Below are positions 56,561 to 64,000 of a stretch of 64,000 nucleotides of DNA, piece by piece. Positions within the stretch are counted from its first letter, which is position 1, and every line of letters begins with the position of its first letter. The DNA is from Minisyncoccia bacterium (GTDB lineage Bacteria; Patescibacteriota; Minisyncoccia; Phycocordibacterales; UBA9973), in NCBI GenBank assembly GCA_038249055.1, contig JBBRWS010000006.1, forward strand, positions 927-64,926. Direction: 5' to 3'. Position numbers and translations under genes: made by a program. The notes under the pieces were generated by a model that saw nothing but the letters and a program-made list of their open reading frames with translations, had not been told where the DNA came from and ran no database searches.

Positions 56561-56869
56561 ATGAGTAGGAAAAAGAAGAAAGAAGTCGAAGAAATTCTAA
56601 AAGTGGGAAAAATCTACAAACTCGTCAAAGTATGGGTAAAAAAAGGTTGTAAATCAGGTGTTCCTGTAGGTGTAAAAAACTTAAAACTAGCAGAGATTCC
56701 ATCAGTTGGAAGACCTTTGTCAGGAAAATATGATTCAGAACACTTTGCAAGCGGAGATCCAAAAGAGGTAAAGTTTGTTGCCAGCACATTGATTGTTGGA
56801 GTCAGAGACCTTCCGTTAATTGGATTAAGAATTGAAACGACAACATCGGTTTACATGTTGCTTTACTAA
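56561..56869 (+). CDS. Hypothetical small basic protein
   Basis: 102 aa ORF. No family recognised. Confidence 0.3.
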   Translation: MSRKKKKEVEEILKVGKIYKLVKVWVKKGCKSGVPVGVKNLKLAEIPSVGRPLSGKYDSEHFASGDPKEVKFVASTLIVGVRDLPLIGLRIETTTSVYMLLY

Positions 56870-56937
56870 AAGCAATCAAAAAAAACTGAATTAAATCTCA
56901 AACGAAAAGACGCAAAAAATATTTATTTTGCGTCTTT

Positions 56938-59529
56938 TTATTTTTTTCTTAAAACTTTTTTCAAATATTTTCCTGTGTGACTTGCCGGAGTATTTGCAAC
57001 TTCCTCAGGGGTTCCGCGTGCTACAATATTTCCTCCTCCATTTCCTCCTTCTGGGCCTATATCTATTATATAATCACAATTTTTTATTATATCCATATTG
57101 TGTTCAATCAAAACAACACTATTCCCTTTGTTTACAAGTTTATTCAAAACATCTAAAAGTTTTGAAACATCATCATAATGAAGTCCAACAGTTGGCTCAT
57201 CTAGTAGATAGATAGTCTTCTCCAGATGAGGACGATAAAGCTCTGAAGAAATTTTTACACGCTGTGCTTCCCCACCAGAAAGAGTTGTTGCTGATTGACC
57301 AAGCTTAACATAACCAAGTCCAACGTCCATTAAAGTTCTTACTCTATCATAAACATTTGGAATATCCTCAAAAAAAATCAAACTCTCTTCTACTGTCATT
57401 TGTAAAATATCATGAATATTTTTCTTCTTATATTTTATAGTTAGTGTCTCTTTATCAAATCTTTTCCCGTTACAAACATCACAAGTAACATAAACAGTTG
57501 GTAAGAAATGCATTTCGACTGCTATTTCACCATTACCCTCACATGCTTCACAACGACCTCCTTTTACATTAAAAGAAAATCTATTTGATTTCCAACCACG
57601 AAGTCGCGCCTCATCTGTACTTGCAAAAATATCTCTAATAAAAGTAAATGAACCTGTATAGGTAGAAATATTAGAACGAGGAGTTCTACCTATTGGAGAT
57701 TGGTCTATAAGAATAGCACGAGATAAATATTCAGTTCCAGTAAAAGAAGCGCAATTAAATATTGTTGCCGTTCTAAATTTTCTTTCATAACGAGCTTGAA
57801 GATTCTTGTGTAAAATTTCGTACATAAGAGAACTTTTACCAGAGCCAGAAACCCCAGTAATAACTACCATCTTCCCGAGAGGCACTTCTACATTCATATT
57901 TTTAATATTAAAAACTTTTCCTCCAACTATTTTGAGCGAACCTTTTTCACTTGTTCTTCTTTTTTCTGGAATTTCTATTCTTAATTCATTTCGTAAATAT
58001 GCCAAGGTTCTAGATTTAGATGGATTAGTAGGAGCATCTAATAATTTTTCTAAATAATCTGAAACAATAACTTCTCCACCATGAACCCCTGCTTTGGGTC
58101 CAATATCTATAATATAATCAGATGCATAAATAGTATCCTCGTCATGCTCAACTATTATAATAGTATTTCCAATATCACGAAGATCCTCTAATGTTTTAAT
58201 TAGACGGTCATTATCACGCTGATGAAGTCCGATAGTAGGTTCATCTAAAACATAAAGTGCACCAACCAATCTAGAACCGAGCTGACTTGCAAGTCTTATT
58301 CTTTGAGCTTCTCCCCCCGAGAGAGTATTGGCTTTTCTATCTAGGGATAAATAATTTAATCCTACATTCAATAAAAATTGAAGTCTTGCTTCTATCTCTT
58401 TCACTATTACTTTTGAAATTTCTTTTTCCGTTTCATTTAGAGTAAGTTCAATAAAAAAATCTGATACTTGGTTAATAGATAGATGAGTAAGATCCACAAT
58501 ATTTAAGCGTGTTTTAGTCTGACCCAAAAAAACATTTAAGGCTTCTGGTCTAAGTCGAGCACCCTTACAATCATCACATACTTCAGTACCACCAAAATAC
58601 TTGGTTCCTAATCCATTACAGGTAGGACATGCTCCATATGGGGAATTAAAAGAAAAAAGTCTTGGCTCTACTTCCGGAAAGGAAAAACCATCTCTTGGAC
58701 ATGAAAATTTGGAAGACATTAAAAATTCTTCATCAGCTATTTTTATAATAACAAGACCATCTGATTCAAGAAGTGCCCTTTCCACAGACTCGGCAAGTCT
58801 CATACGAGAATCACTTGGATTATCTTTAAATTCATGAATTTGAAAAGAATCAACGATTACTTCTATGTCATGTTTTTTAGTTTTTGAAATATCGATTCTC
58901 TCTCTTAATTTCTTAATTTCACCATCCATTCTCACCTCAGTAAATCCTTTATTTAATAAATCATAAAGTAATTGATAATATTCACCTTTTCTTCCACGCA
59001 CAACAGGAGATAAAATAGATACTGGAGTTTCATCCCATTCAACTCCTAAAACTTTTTTCTGATTGGAGCTTTTTTTAAATATTTTTATTTTATCAAGTGC
59101 AAAATTAAGAATTTCTTCATTTGAAAGTTTTTTAATTTCATCACCACATTCTGGACAATGAGGCTTCCCTACACGAGCATATAATACTCGAAGATAATCA
59201 TATATCTCTGTGATAGTAGCAACTGTAGAACGAGGGTTATTGGAACGTGATTTTTGATCAATAGAAATAGCTGGTGAAAGCCCTGAAATCTCATCAACAT
59301 CAGGCTTTGGCATTTGATTTAGGAACTGACGAGCATAAGCAGAAAGAGATTCAACATAACGACGCTGACCTTCAGCGAAGATAGTATCAAAAGCAAGAGA
59401 AGATTTACCGGAGCCAGACATACCAGTAATAACCACCATTTTGTTGCGTGGCATCTCCACACTAATATTTTTTAAATTATGAGTGCGCGCTCCCTTTATT
59501 ATTATTTTTCCTTCTTCATTTTTCTTCAT
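56938..59529 (-). CDS. uvrA: Excinuclease ABC subunit A
   Basis: Two ABC ATPase modules ([23 protein letters not shown]), LSGGEAQR signatures twice, zinc-finger Cys clusters. 863 aa. Confidence 0.95.
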   Translation of the reverse strand: MKKNEEGKIIIKGARTHNLKNISVEMPRNKMVVITGMSGSGKSSLAFDTIFAEGQRRYVESLSAYARQFLNQMPKPDVDEISGLSPAISIDQKSRSNNPRSTVATITEIYDYLRVLYARVGKPHCPECGDEIKKLSNEEILNFALDKIKIFKKSSNQKKVLGVEWDETPVSILSPVVRGRKGEYYQLLYDLLNKGFTEVRMDGEIKKLRERIDISKTKKHDIEVIVDSFQIHEFKDNPSDSRMRLAESVERALLESDGLVIIKIADEEFLMSSKFSCPRDGFSFPEVEPRLFSFNSPYGACPTCNGLGTKYFGGTEVCDDCKGARLRPEALNVFLGQTKTRLNIVDLTHLSINQVSDFFIELTLNETEKEISKVIVKEIEARLQFLLNVGLNYLSLDRKANTLSGGEAQRIRLASQLGSRLVGALYVLDEPTIGLHQRDNDRLIKTLEDLRDIGNTIIIVEHDEDTIYASDYIIDIGPKAGVHGGEVIVSDYLEKLLDAPTNPSKSRTLAYLRNELRIEIPEKRRTSEKGSLKIVGGKVFNIKNMNVEVPLGKMVVITGVSGSGKSSLMYEILHKNLQARYERKFRTATIFNCASFTGTEYLSRAILIDQSPIGRTPRSNISTYTGSFTFIRDIFASTDEARLRGWKSNRFSFNVKGGRCEACEGNGEIAVEMHFLPTVYVTCDVCNGKRFDKETLTIKYKKKNIHDILQMTVEESLIFFEDIPNVYDRVRTLMDVGLGYVKLGQSATTLSGGEAQRVKISSELYRPHLEKTIYLLDEPTVGLHYDDVSKLLDVLNKLVNKGNSVVLIEHNMDIIKNCDYIIDIGPEGGNGGGNIVARGTPEEVANTPASHTGKYLKKVLRKK

Positions 59530-59678
59530 AATCGTATTTATAACACCATAAGCCCCACATTTGTCCTGTGTGGGGGTATATCAATATTTAACTACTGTTA
59601 TACTAACACGAATAGTCTTATTTGACAATAAATAGCAAATAAGCTAATATAAAAACAAATAAATTATGTTCTCAATAA

Positions 59679-59755
59679 CGTGATATAGCTCAGTTGGTAG
59701 AGCACTAAGCCTAAAAAACTCAGAGGTCGGGAGTTCAAGTCTCTCTATCACGACG
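59679..59755 (+). tRNA. tRNA-like gene with canonical acceptor, D and T arms but a 9-nt anticodon loop (CCUAAAAAA) and an A-C mismatch in the anticodon stem
   Basis: cgtgata-ta-gctc-agttggta-gagc-a-ctaag-cctaaaaaa-ctcag-aggtc-gggag-ttcaagt-ctctc-tatcacg-a. The architecture parallels tRNA-Lys/Thr. Terminator at 59797-59829. Confidence 0.5.
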
Positions 59756-59796
59756 TACTTTTCTACTCAATGAAGATGGATCTAAATCATCTTCCG

Positions 59797-59829
59797 GGGA
59801 CCGTTTGCTATTTAGCGACGGTCCTTTTT
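59797..59829 (+). terminator. Rho-independent terminator
   Basis: ggaccgtttgctatttagcgacggtccttttttatt. Confidence 0.75.
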
Positions 59830-60653
59830 TATTTCCTATTAATCTCAAATTCTGGCATACCTATTACATAAGGACCGACTTGATATTGTGAAAAATATAT
59901 TTTTATTTTATTATCTGTGAAAGTAAATATACCAAAGTTTTCATCTATTGGTTCTGTCCCAATTTTTATCATAGAAATAATATTATCTACATACTCTTTT
60001 AATGCTTCGGGCGAAGAATCTTTTTTATCTTCTTCACTAATAGTTGCAAATTCTTTTTTTAGATATTCTCGAGACTCTATTGAAAGTTTATCTAAATATT
60101 CTGGATTATTTGCAAAAAGTTCTTTCAGTTGAATATTTTTTTTATTCTTAATATCGTAATTAAACGAAGTTAAATTTTCATATCCATGAGCACCTCCATT
60201 AAATCCACCATATTTTAGAATAAAACTAATATAATTGGAATTACTCTGAACTATAGTAAAATCTGAAAAAAATGAAAATTTGTCATCTTCATTTATTGGA
60301 AGTTTTGTAATAGTATCTCCTTCTACTCGTGTATCAAAACGAGCAGTCCAATTATCTTTGCTTATAATTCTATGATCTTCCATCTGTAACTTAACAAAGT
60401 TCTCAATATTTAAATTAAAATCATTATCAGCCCCATTAAAATAAGGATATTTTACATCAAATTTTACATAGGAATCAACGATATTCAAAACTTTTGTTTC
60501 AAAAGAGCCAGCTACAATGAGTTCTTCTTTTTGTTGGGTTAATTTATTATCATCTATTTTTATTTCTTCATTTATTCCTCTTTTTTGATAGATAAAAAAC
60601 CCCGATACTAAAACTGTAATAATCAATAAAACAGCGATTAAAAATTTTTTCAT
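59829..60653 (-). CDS. Membrane-anchored DUF3298/DUF4163-like (RsiV/PdaC-like) domain protein
   Basis: N-terminal TM. YGGFNGGAHGYEN matches the GGAHG hallmark of DUF3298. Confidence 0.45.
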   Translation of the reverse strand: MKKFLIAVLLIITVLVSGFFIYQKRGINEEIKIDDNKLTQQKEELIVAGSFETKVLNIVDSYVKFDVKYPYFNGADNDFNLNIENFVKLQMEDHRIISKDNWTARFDTRVEGDTITKLPINEDDKFSFFSDFTIVQSNSNYISFILKYGGFNGGAHGYENLTSFNYDIKNKKNIQLKELFANNPEYLDKLSIESREYLKKEFATISEEDKKDSSPEALKEYVDNIISMIKIGTEPIDENFGIFTFTDNKIKIYFSQYQVGPYVIGMPEFEINRK

Positions 60654-60691
60654 TATTTTTTTTGTTAATTAATAAAGATATATTGTGACTT

Positions 60692-62902
60692 TTATTTTTT
60701 ATCTTTTGGTAGAAGTTTATTATTTAATGCTATAATTTCATCTCTTAGTATAGCTGCCGTTTCGAAATCCAATTCCTTTACTGCTTTATTCATTTCTTTC
60801 TCTTTAAGATTAATTATTTTTTCGTATATAATTTTATTTCTATCTTGATCTGAAAGTAATAAATTTTTAATTGATTCTCTCTCCCCCTTTCCTTTATTGC
60901 TCTTATTTTTTAGAAATGCTTTTTTAAATAATTCCACATCCAAATCAAGTTCTACTCCTACAGCTTTTTCGTGTTTATTTTCTAATTCTTCTGTTATATC
61001 TTTTATCTTTTTTATAATTGTTTTGGGGGTAATATTATGTTTTTTATTGTAAGCTATTTGTATATTGCGACGACGAGTTGTTTCCTTAATAGCATTTTCA
61101 AGTGCATCGGTCATAATATCTGCATATAAAATAACACGACCTTCTACATTACGAGCTGCACGTCCTATAGTTTGTATTAAAGACGTCTCAGAACGCAAGA
61201 ATCCCGCCTTGTCAGCATCTAAAATACCTATTAGGGCTAACTCGGGTAAATCTAATCCTTCACGTAGCAAGTTTACTCCTACGAGTATATCCATATCCCC
61301 CTTTCTAAATGCAGTCAAAATCTGAATTCTTTCAATTGTTTTAATTTCGCTGTGCAAATATTCAGCTTTCATTCCCTTTTCTTTTAAATAAATAGACAAA
61401 TCTTCAGCCATTTTTTTTGTTAAAGTTGTAGCAATAACTCTAAATCCTTTCTTTATTGTTTTTTCAGCTTCTATAATAAAGTCTTGAATTTGACCAGGGT
61501 AATCTTTCAGAGGTCCAACTTCCTCCGACGTACAACCTCTGGGGCCACATGAGGTTGGACGTCTTAAGACCTCTGAAATATTTGAGGACCTCGCAATAAG
61601 CTTCTCATTTGTGGAAGCGGAGACTGGTTTTACAATTATCTCTGGATCAATCAAACCAGTAGGTCTAATTATTTGTTCTACTATTTGGTCGCTTGCTGAC
61701 TTTTCCTTTTCACTGGGAGTTGCCGAAACGTATATTACCTGTCCCGTGCGTTCTTCAAATTCATTAATCTTTAGTGGACGATTATCTCGAGCTGATGGAA
61801 GTCTAAAACCAAACTCTATCAGAGTATTTTTTCGAGATGCATCTCCCGCATACATTCCACCTATTTGTGGAAGTGTAACGTGTGATTCGTCTATAATTGT
61901 TAAAAATTCATTTCTAAAATATGAGAGCAATGTTTCAGGAGCTTCTCCTTCTTTCTTACCAGACATCTGCCTGGAATAATTTTCTATTCCATTACAATAA
62001 CCAATTTCTTTAATCATAGCCAAATCGTAACTTGTTCTTCTTTTTATTCTTTCTGCTTCAAGTGGTTTTCCTTCCTTTTCAAATTTTTTAAGTTGAGAAT
62101 CGAGTTCAAGTTTAATATTTTTTATTGCAATCTTTAATTGATCTTTGTTTGTAATAAAGTGCTTTGCAGGAAAAAGAAAAATATTTTTTTCCTCTTTTAT
62201 TATATGAGATGAAATTGGATCTACTTTTGCAATCCTTGAAATAACTCCTCTCTCAAATTCTATTTGATAAACAAAAGTTTCAGATATTGGCATAATCTCA
62301 ACTTTCTGTCCTATTGACCTAAAATTCCCTGGATTAATATCTGCATTAGTTCGTTCAAAATGAATTATAACTAATTTCTTCATTAGTTCGATACGTTCCA
62401 TTTTCATTCCAACTTCTAGCTTTAAATTAACTTTCTCATAATCCTCAGGGCTACCCAATCCATAAATACAAGATACGGAAGCCACAATAATAACATCTGG
62501 ACGAGTAAGGAGCGATTGTGTAGTTGCATGTCTAAGGCGGTCAATTTCTTTGTTTATTTGAGCATCTTTTTCAATATAAGTATCTGAAGCAGGCATATAT
62601 GCCTCTGGTTGATAGTAGTCATAATAGGATACAAAATAATGAACTGCTGCATCAGGAAAAAACTCTCGGAACTCTTGAGCGAGCTGTGCAGCAAGCGTTT
62701 TATTGTGGGCTATTACTAGAGTCGGTTTATTCCATTCTGCAATTACGTTTGCAACTGTAAAGGTTTTACCAGTACCGGTTGCCCCAAGAAGTGTTTGTTT
62801 TTGCATTCCTTCCTTTAATCCTTTTAACAACTCCGAAATTGCTTTTGGTTGATCACCATCTGGTTTATAGTCACTTTTTAATTTAAAAACTTTATCTTTC
62901 AT
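60692..62902 (-). CDS. uvrB: Excinuclease ABC subunit B carrying an in-frame palindromic-element insertion
   Basis: Helicase motif I GATGTGKT. DEAD-like DESH (IIDESHVT). Motif VI QTIGRAARN. C-terminal UVR domain FETAAILRDEIIAL. 736 aa. Confidence 0.95.
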   Translation of the reverse strand: MKDKVFKLKSDYKPDGDQPKAISELLKGLKEGMQKQTLLGATGTGKTFTVANVIAEWNKPTLVIAHNKTLAAQLAQEFREFFPDAAVHYFVSYYDYYQPEAYMPASDTYIEKDAQINKEIDRLRHATTQSLLTRPDVIIVASVSCIYGLGSPEDYEKVNLKLEVGMKMERIELMKKLVIIHFERTNADINPGNFRSIGQKVEIMPISETFVYQIEFERGVISRIAKVDPISSHIIKEEKNIFLFPAKHFITNKDQLKIAIKNIKLELDSQLKKFEKEGKPLEAERIKRRTSYDLAMIKEIGYCNGIENYSRQMSGKKEGEAPETLLSYFRNEFLTIIDESHVTLPQIGGMYAGDASRKNTLIEFGFRLPSARDNRPLKINEFEERTGQVIYVSATPSEKEKSASDQIVEQIIRPTGLIDPEIIVKPVSASTNEKLIARSSNISEVLRRPTSCGPRGCTSEEVGPLKDYPGQIQDFIIEAEKTIKKGFRVIATTLTKKMAEDLSIYLKEKGMKAEYLHSEIKTIERIQILTAFRKGDMDILVGVNLLREGLDLPELALIGILDADKAGFLRSETSLIQTIGRAARNVEGRVILYADIMTDALENAIKETTRRRNIQIAYNKKHNITPKTIIKKIKDITEELENKHEKAVGVELDLDVELFKKAFLKNKSNKGKGERESIKNLLLSDQDRNKIIYEKIINLKEKEMNKAVKELDFETAAILRDEIIALNNKLLPKDKK
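61510..61594. mobile_element. GC-rich palindromic element inserted in frame in uvrB
   Basis: agaggtccaacttcctccgacgtacaacctctggggccacatgaggttggacgtcttaagacctctgaaatatttgaggacctcgc. It encodes ...RRPTSCGPRGCTSEEVGPLKDYPGQ... Confidence 0.75.
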
Positions 62903-63138
62903 TTATATAATAAGATTACTCTATTTTTAGAAATAAAAAAAGCGTATCCGAGGATACGCTAAAATTGAAAAGCTGACCTGTTAATACATAAATGTTGTAC
63001 ACCCATAAAGGCATTAAAAAAAACTTAGGGATTTATACCTAAATCTCATCAAGTCCTTCTACTTTTTCCAATTAAGGTAGGAGTAGATTTTGTACTAGAT
63101 CAATTTCGTATATAATATTACTCTTCTAAAATAGAAAA

Positions 63139-64000
63139 TCAAGAAAGATAATTTTTTAAAAATTCTTCTTTAAAATCAAAAAAATTATCCTCAAGTATGG
63201 ATTTACGCATATCTGAAACAAGCTTATTTATAAAATAAATATTATGTATTGAAGCGAGTGTAGCCCCCAACATTTCTTTTGCTCGAAAAAGATGAGACAT
63301 ATAACTTCTTGTATAATTTATACATGTATAACATTCACAACCGGAATCAATTATATTAAAATCTTTAACAAATTTTGCATTAAGAATATTTATTTTTCCA
63401 TTCTTAGTAAATAAAGTTCCATTGCGAGCAATACGGGTAGGACCAACGCAATCAAAAAGGTCTACTCCATTTTCTACTCCCATAAACAAGTCTTCTGGTT
63501 CCCCTATGCCAAGCAAATGACGTGGTTTTTCTTCTGGAAGAATTTCATTCACCCATTTTACTGCTGTAGACATGTCTTCTTTTGCAAAAGAACCACCAAT
63601 TCCAAAACCATCAAAATCCATACTACCAATAACTTCTGCTGATTTTTTACGAAGTATTTCTGAACGTCCCCCTTGAACAATGCCAAAGAGAGCTTGAGGA
63701 AAAGAAGGGGTCCGAAATCCTAGAGGTACAACCTCCGAAGCCAGTTGAGGTTGGACCTCCAGAATTGCGGGTGTAGTATCTTTTATTAATTCCCTCTTTT
63801 TATGTTCTATTAAACTTCTCTTTGCCCAAGCATGTGTACGAGAAAGTGCTTCTTCTTGATAGCGATTATTTTCTGTTGGAGACGTACATTCATCAAAAGC
63901 AAAAATAATATCGGCTCCGAGATTATGTTGAATTTCTATTGATTTTTCTGGAGTAATATAATGAAGTGAACCATCTATGTGTGAGCGAAAAGAAACACCA
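63139..64000 (-). CDS. tgt: Queuine tRNA-ribosyltransferase (N-terminus beyond window end) carrying an in-frame palindromic-element insertion
   Basis: Manual reverse translation is open to position 64000. It reads ...FRSHIDGSLHYITPEKSIEIQHNLGADIIFAFDECTSPTENNRYQEEALSRTHAWAKRSLIEHKK[RELIKDTTPAILEVQPQLASEVVPLGFRTPSFPQ]ALFGIVQGG...MDFDGFGIGG...CECYTC..H zinc site. The track shows only the 3' ATG-initiated part (63139..63621). Confidence 0.9.
   Translation of the reverse strand, partial: GVSFRSHIDGSLHYITPEKSIEIQHNLGADIIFAFDECTSPTENNRYQEEALSRTHAWAKRSLIEHKKRELIKDTTPAILEVQPQLASEVVPLGFRTPSFPQALFGIVQGGRSEILRKKSAEVIGSMDFDGFGIGGSFAKEDMSTAVKWVNEILPEEKPRHLLGIGEPEDLFMGVENGVDLFDCVGPTRIARNGTLFTKNGKINILNAKFVKDFNIIDSGCECYTCINYTRSYMSHLFRAKEMLGATLASIHNIYFINKLVSDMRKSILEDNFFDFKEEFLKNYLS
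63706..63772. mobile_element. GC-rich palindromic element inserted in frame in tgt
   Basis: aggggtccgaaatcctagaggtacaacctccgaagccagttgaggttggacctccagaattgcgggtg. The core is identical in arrangement to the uvrC copies. Confidence 0.75.

Noticed and set aside
1-64000. rRNA genes, transposases, integrases, prophage
   Set aside because: No 16S/23S/5S-like conserved blocks and no transposase or integrase ORFs were recognised. Mobile DNA appears only as miniature palindromic elements.

Overview
This is an AT-rich bacterial chromosome fragment (roughly 30% GC by eye, not computed), tightly packed, with many small hypothetical and membrane proteins. The gene content and style fit a Patescibacteria/CPR-like organism, which is an inference and not a database result. 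I found no rRNA, CRISPR array, transposase or integrase.

Annotated content:
- A type IV pilus locus: pilB, pilC (partial), a prepilin, and PilM/N/O-like proteins.
- Peptidoglycan genes alr, murB, ddl, and a murA with an N-terminal XRE helix-turn-helix fused to it.
- Nucleotide-excision repair genes uvrA, uvrB and uvrC, plus tgt, miaA, metK, engB and rpmG.
- Two orphan receiver domains and a soluble histidine kinase.
- A P-type ATPase, an NRAMP transporter, an MFS transporter and a TMEM175-like channel.
- Five tRNA genes: Trp, Leu, Ala, and one with a 9-nt anticodon loop.

Most notable observations:
1. A family of GC-rich nested palindromic elements (core words GAGGTTGGACC and GGTACAACCTC) recurs through the window. 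In intergenic regions it forms bidirectional terminator-like hairpins. Inside uvrC (twice), uvrB and tgt it is inserted in frame, adding 17-30 aa without breaking the reading frames. This resembles the in-frame behaviour of Rickettsia palindromic elements.
2. Three tRNA genes (Leu, Ala, Trp) have their 3' acceptor end embedded in an extended palindrome around the terminator. tRNA-Trp and tRNA-Ala are each followed by the same conserved ~140-nt non-coding module. This could be a remnant of miniature integrative elements or a structured RNA.
3. Two paralogous TraD/VirD4-like ATPases lie near the pilus locus. One is followed by a lamin-tail-domain surface protein and preceded by a tandem palindromic repeat array.
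4. A candidate defence islet combines a DpnI-like enzyme, two small proteins and a NERD protein.
5. Also flagged: the HTH-MurA fusion, an sRNA-like promoter/hairpin/terminator unit, and an inverted repeat pairing across the start codon of the TMEM175 gene.
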